The notes below the pieces were generated by a model. That model was given only the letters and a program-made list of their open reading frames with translations. It was not told the DNA's origin and did no database searches. Positions 61,064 through 64,000 of a stretch of 64,000 bases of DNA are shown one piece after another (position 1 is the first letter of the stretch; each line of letters begins with the position of its first letter). Made by a program: the position numbers and the translations under genes. Origin of the DNA: Vitrella brassicaformis CCMP3155 (Eukaryota; Protista; Chromerida); the NCBI GenBank assembly GCA_001179505.1, contig CDMY01000401.1, positions 1-64,000 of the forward strand, in the 5' to 3' direction.

Positions 61064-64000
61064 TCACGTCTCGCCCGCACCACCCAAGAACCTGCAACAA
61101 AGGCGCCCATCGGACACACAGCACAGCACGGCCAGAGACACGACGGTCGTCCCCCTTGTCGTGCCAGTTTGTGTGTGTTTCTGGCTTCTTACCCCAGTGC
61201 GCTCTAGAGCGCTTTGATCTCCGCCTGCCTCTTGGCTGACCGCTCCTCCCATGTCATGATGCAGCAGCAACACACATCACACCAACACGCAGAGAGAGAG
61301 ACACATCGCTGCTGTCCATCTCTGCGTTCGTCAACTGAATGGCTGACCTCTGTCCTCGCACTGCAGCCGCAGGGCCTCCAGTGCCGCCGATGTGCTGTCG
61401 AATATTCCCCTCTCCTTGTCAAGCTCGTTGTCGGCCTTGATGATGGCCGAGGTGCACTCCTTGATCTCGTTGCGCCAATTGTCGATGTCCGTCTGGCGGC
61501 CGGCCATGTCTGCCAGCGTCTCCTTCCTGTACTCGACGAAATCTCTCTGCTCAGCTTCCTCCGCCTGCATATGGCGCACAGAGTCCTATCGTATGCAGTT
61601 TTTGTGGGTTCGTGCTGGCTGACGCGTTTGGTGTCTTTGTTTGTTTTGATGAAGTTGTCTCGGATTGTCTCGAGCACTTCGATGACGCTCGAGCCAGCAC
61701 CTTGGCTGCCTGAAGCACGAAGCACACAAAGGAGACATACATGTGTACGCAGCTGATGGTGACCCACCAACCAACCTGTGTATGGTTCGCTGAACAGGGA
61801 CTTGCAGTGTGAGGCGTCGACGCTCATGCCAAGTTGAGCCAGCACACCGGCCTGCAGGCACACATCACATGCACAGGTACAGTCTTTCTTTGCTCGCAGA
61901 CGTCTCTCTGTCAGTCACCTTTGCAGCTGTCTTGTAGAATTGGCTGAGCACGTCCATGGCCTCGTGCACAGCGTCGGCAGCCTTCCTGGCGTCTGAACAA
62001 GGGAAACAAGAGAGAGAGTTGACGGACGTTCTCTTTTGGTGTGTGCATGCGACGATCGCATGTGACCAGCGATCGTGTTTGCGTTTGTGACTCGGCTCTG
62101 GTTGCGCAGGTCAGCCGCCACAACCAGCGAAGTCTGAAAGCATTCCGGCGGATTGCATCGAGACATGAATGTTGGGGGNNNNNNNNNNNNNNNNNNNNNN
62201 NNNNNNNNNNNNNNNNNNNNNNNNNNNNNNNNNNNNNNNNNNNNNNNNNNNNNNNNNNNNNNNNNNNNNNNNNNNNNNNNNNNNNNNNNNNNNNNNNNNN
62301 NNNNNNNNNNNNNNNNNNNNNNNNNNNNNNNNNNNNNNNNNNNNNNNNNNNNNNNNNNNNNNNNNNNNNNNNNNNNNNNNNNNNNNNNNNNNNNNNNNNN
62401 NNNNNNNNNNNNNNNNNNNNNNNNNNNNNNNNNNNNNNNNNNNNNNNNNNNNNNNNNNNNNNNNNNNNNNNNNNNNNNTGGCTGCCCTGACGTTGAGGTG
62501 GGCGACTTGGTTGACGTTGTCGCTGATCATCTGCTGCAGCTGACCTCTGCGAGCGGTCTTCTCGTCGATGCTACACACACGAACAAACGGTCAGACACGC
62601 TGCACGAGGTCGTGGTGCGGTGCTGGCTGTGGTGATGGGAGCCGTGGCTCGGCCTGCATACAGTGCCTGCAGCTTGTCCATGTTTTCCTTGGCGAGCTCC
62701 ATGGCCTTGGTGTTGTCGGCGATGTTACTCTCGCAGTAGCCATTCTTCTCTGCCGCCTCGTTCGCTTGCTGCACACACAGAGAAGGCACAGCTTCCTCGT
62801 CTGTCTACGCAGGAGTCGGTACAGCACCTGCAGCATCTTCTGGATTAGGTCCTGGATGAGCTTCTTGACCTTGGCGAAGGGATCGCCGTCAATCCTAAAC
62901 ACGCAAACAGGGCAATGCATCCTTTAGTGTGTATCGTGTTCTCCCATCCATCCCTCCCTGCCTCCCTCCCTCCCTCCCTCCCTCAATTCTCCTTTACTTG
63001 ATGGCCAAGGAGTAGAGTGCGGTGCTGTTGAGCCGCTGCCCGGCGTGCATCAGCATCGACACAGCCTGCAGCAAAGCGACAGACATGCAGCATATATCCA
63101 CACAGGCGTGCAGTGCACCCCTTTCTCACCCTCTGTCTGTCATTTCCCGTCGACGGGCCTCTAGTTCTCAGCAGCCGCTGGATGAAGGAGACCATCCTGC
63201 CGCCTGCAGCACAGCATACAGACAGAGGGAGGGAAGCGACACAAGGCTTTCGCATCTCGAGTTGCCCACCCTACCCTTGGTGTGGTTGTGTCTCTGTATG
63301 AGTGTCTCGGTGTCAGTGATGGCCTCAACGCCGGTCGGCTGCTGCAAAGATGCAGGCAAGTTGACGCGCTCCAGGTCCTATACACCGCACACATAACATA
63401 AAAGACATGAGGGTGAGGGGGACGAGGTGGCTCCGTTGTCGCCATTCAGCTCAGTCCCCTCACCTGCACGGTTCCCTGCAGGATCGCCAGAGCCTTGGCG
63501 ATGGCCACCAACTCGTCAGCCCGTTACGTTGAAGGACAAGAACCAATACGTCGAGACAGACAGGCAAAAGCCGAGTCGCCGCACTCACCTCATCTGTGTG
63601 CGCTGCTCCCAGTCCTTGCCTTTGTCCTCACACTCGACCGTCAGGCTCCGCAGAGACTCGGTGTCTGAGCAACCCACGGGGAAGACCGACCCCCTATATG
63701 ACATATGATGCATGCGCGGCCGGCTGCATTCCCACCTTCATCGTGTGCCCGTTGCTCAGTGGCCAGGTTGCCTTTGGCGGTCTGCAGGTCACTCTCGGCA
63801 GTCGACTTTTCCTAGAGAGCATTCCATCGACGAGGAAGGTGACTAGGGGGCGTCGTGCCTTATCTGCCTCTCCCGTCATTCGCTTACTTGTGTTTTGGTC
63901 TGTGTGAGGCCCTGTTTCTCTGTGATCGAGCTCGTTAGCTCCGACTCGGCGCTGGTGAAGGTCTGCAGTACACACACATGGAAAGTGGCAGCAGGCAGGA
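61064..64000 (-). CDS. Alveolate-type long coiled-coil protein (5'-partial), with TAG at 61204-61206 just before the normal C-terminus
   Basis: CEDKGKDWEQRTQMR; SFIQ; LNSTALYSLA; DPFAKVKKLIQDLIQKM; EAAEKNGYCESNI; AMDVLSQFY; VIEVLETIRDNF; ALRLQCE...MTWEERSAKRQAEIKAL. Confidence 0.75.
62179..62478. other. Assembly gap (300 N) inside the coiled-coil gene
   Basis: Run of N. Confidence 1.

Overview
Eukaryotic, GC-rich, very intron-dense genomic DNA. Introns are short (mostly ~60-130 nt) and filled with (TG)n/(CA)n, (GACA)n and (GGAT)n microsatellites. Architecture and gene content suggest a chromerid/alveolate such as Vitrella; this is an inference, not verified. Bases 1-5409 are an apparently intact CACTA/CMC-type DNA transposon whose left tip lies ~58 bp outside the window. 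It has long inverted repeats (1-197 vs 5155-5351, 5 mismatches) and ends in TAGTG. It carries an 861-aa DDE transposase with an N-terminal C2H2 finger and a complete PHD finger inserted inside the catalytic core, plus a divergent 8-exon accessory gene. Bases ~5.4-20 kb are damaged: a frameshifted ZFAND1-like gene, a kinase and a coiled-coil gene with 1-bp indels, a cathepsin C/DPAP lacking its His/Asn half, and an MFS transporter with an in-frame TGA. Bases 20-60 kb hold apparently intact genes, often in head-to-head pairs: DPH7, a CCCH zinc-finger protein, a large TQT-motif-array/CUE protein, an inositol 5-phosphatase, an F-box/LRR-like protein, Nup155, a BTB protein, a glomulin/ALF4-like protein, a TauE/SafE transporter and two unknowns. 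The window ends in a partial alveolate-type coiled-coil gene. There are two 300-N gaps. Gene spans include introns and were assembled by eye, so some ends are approximate.
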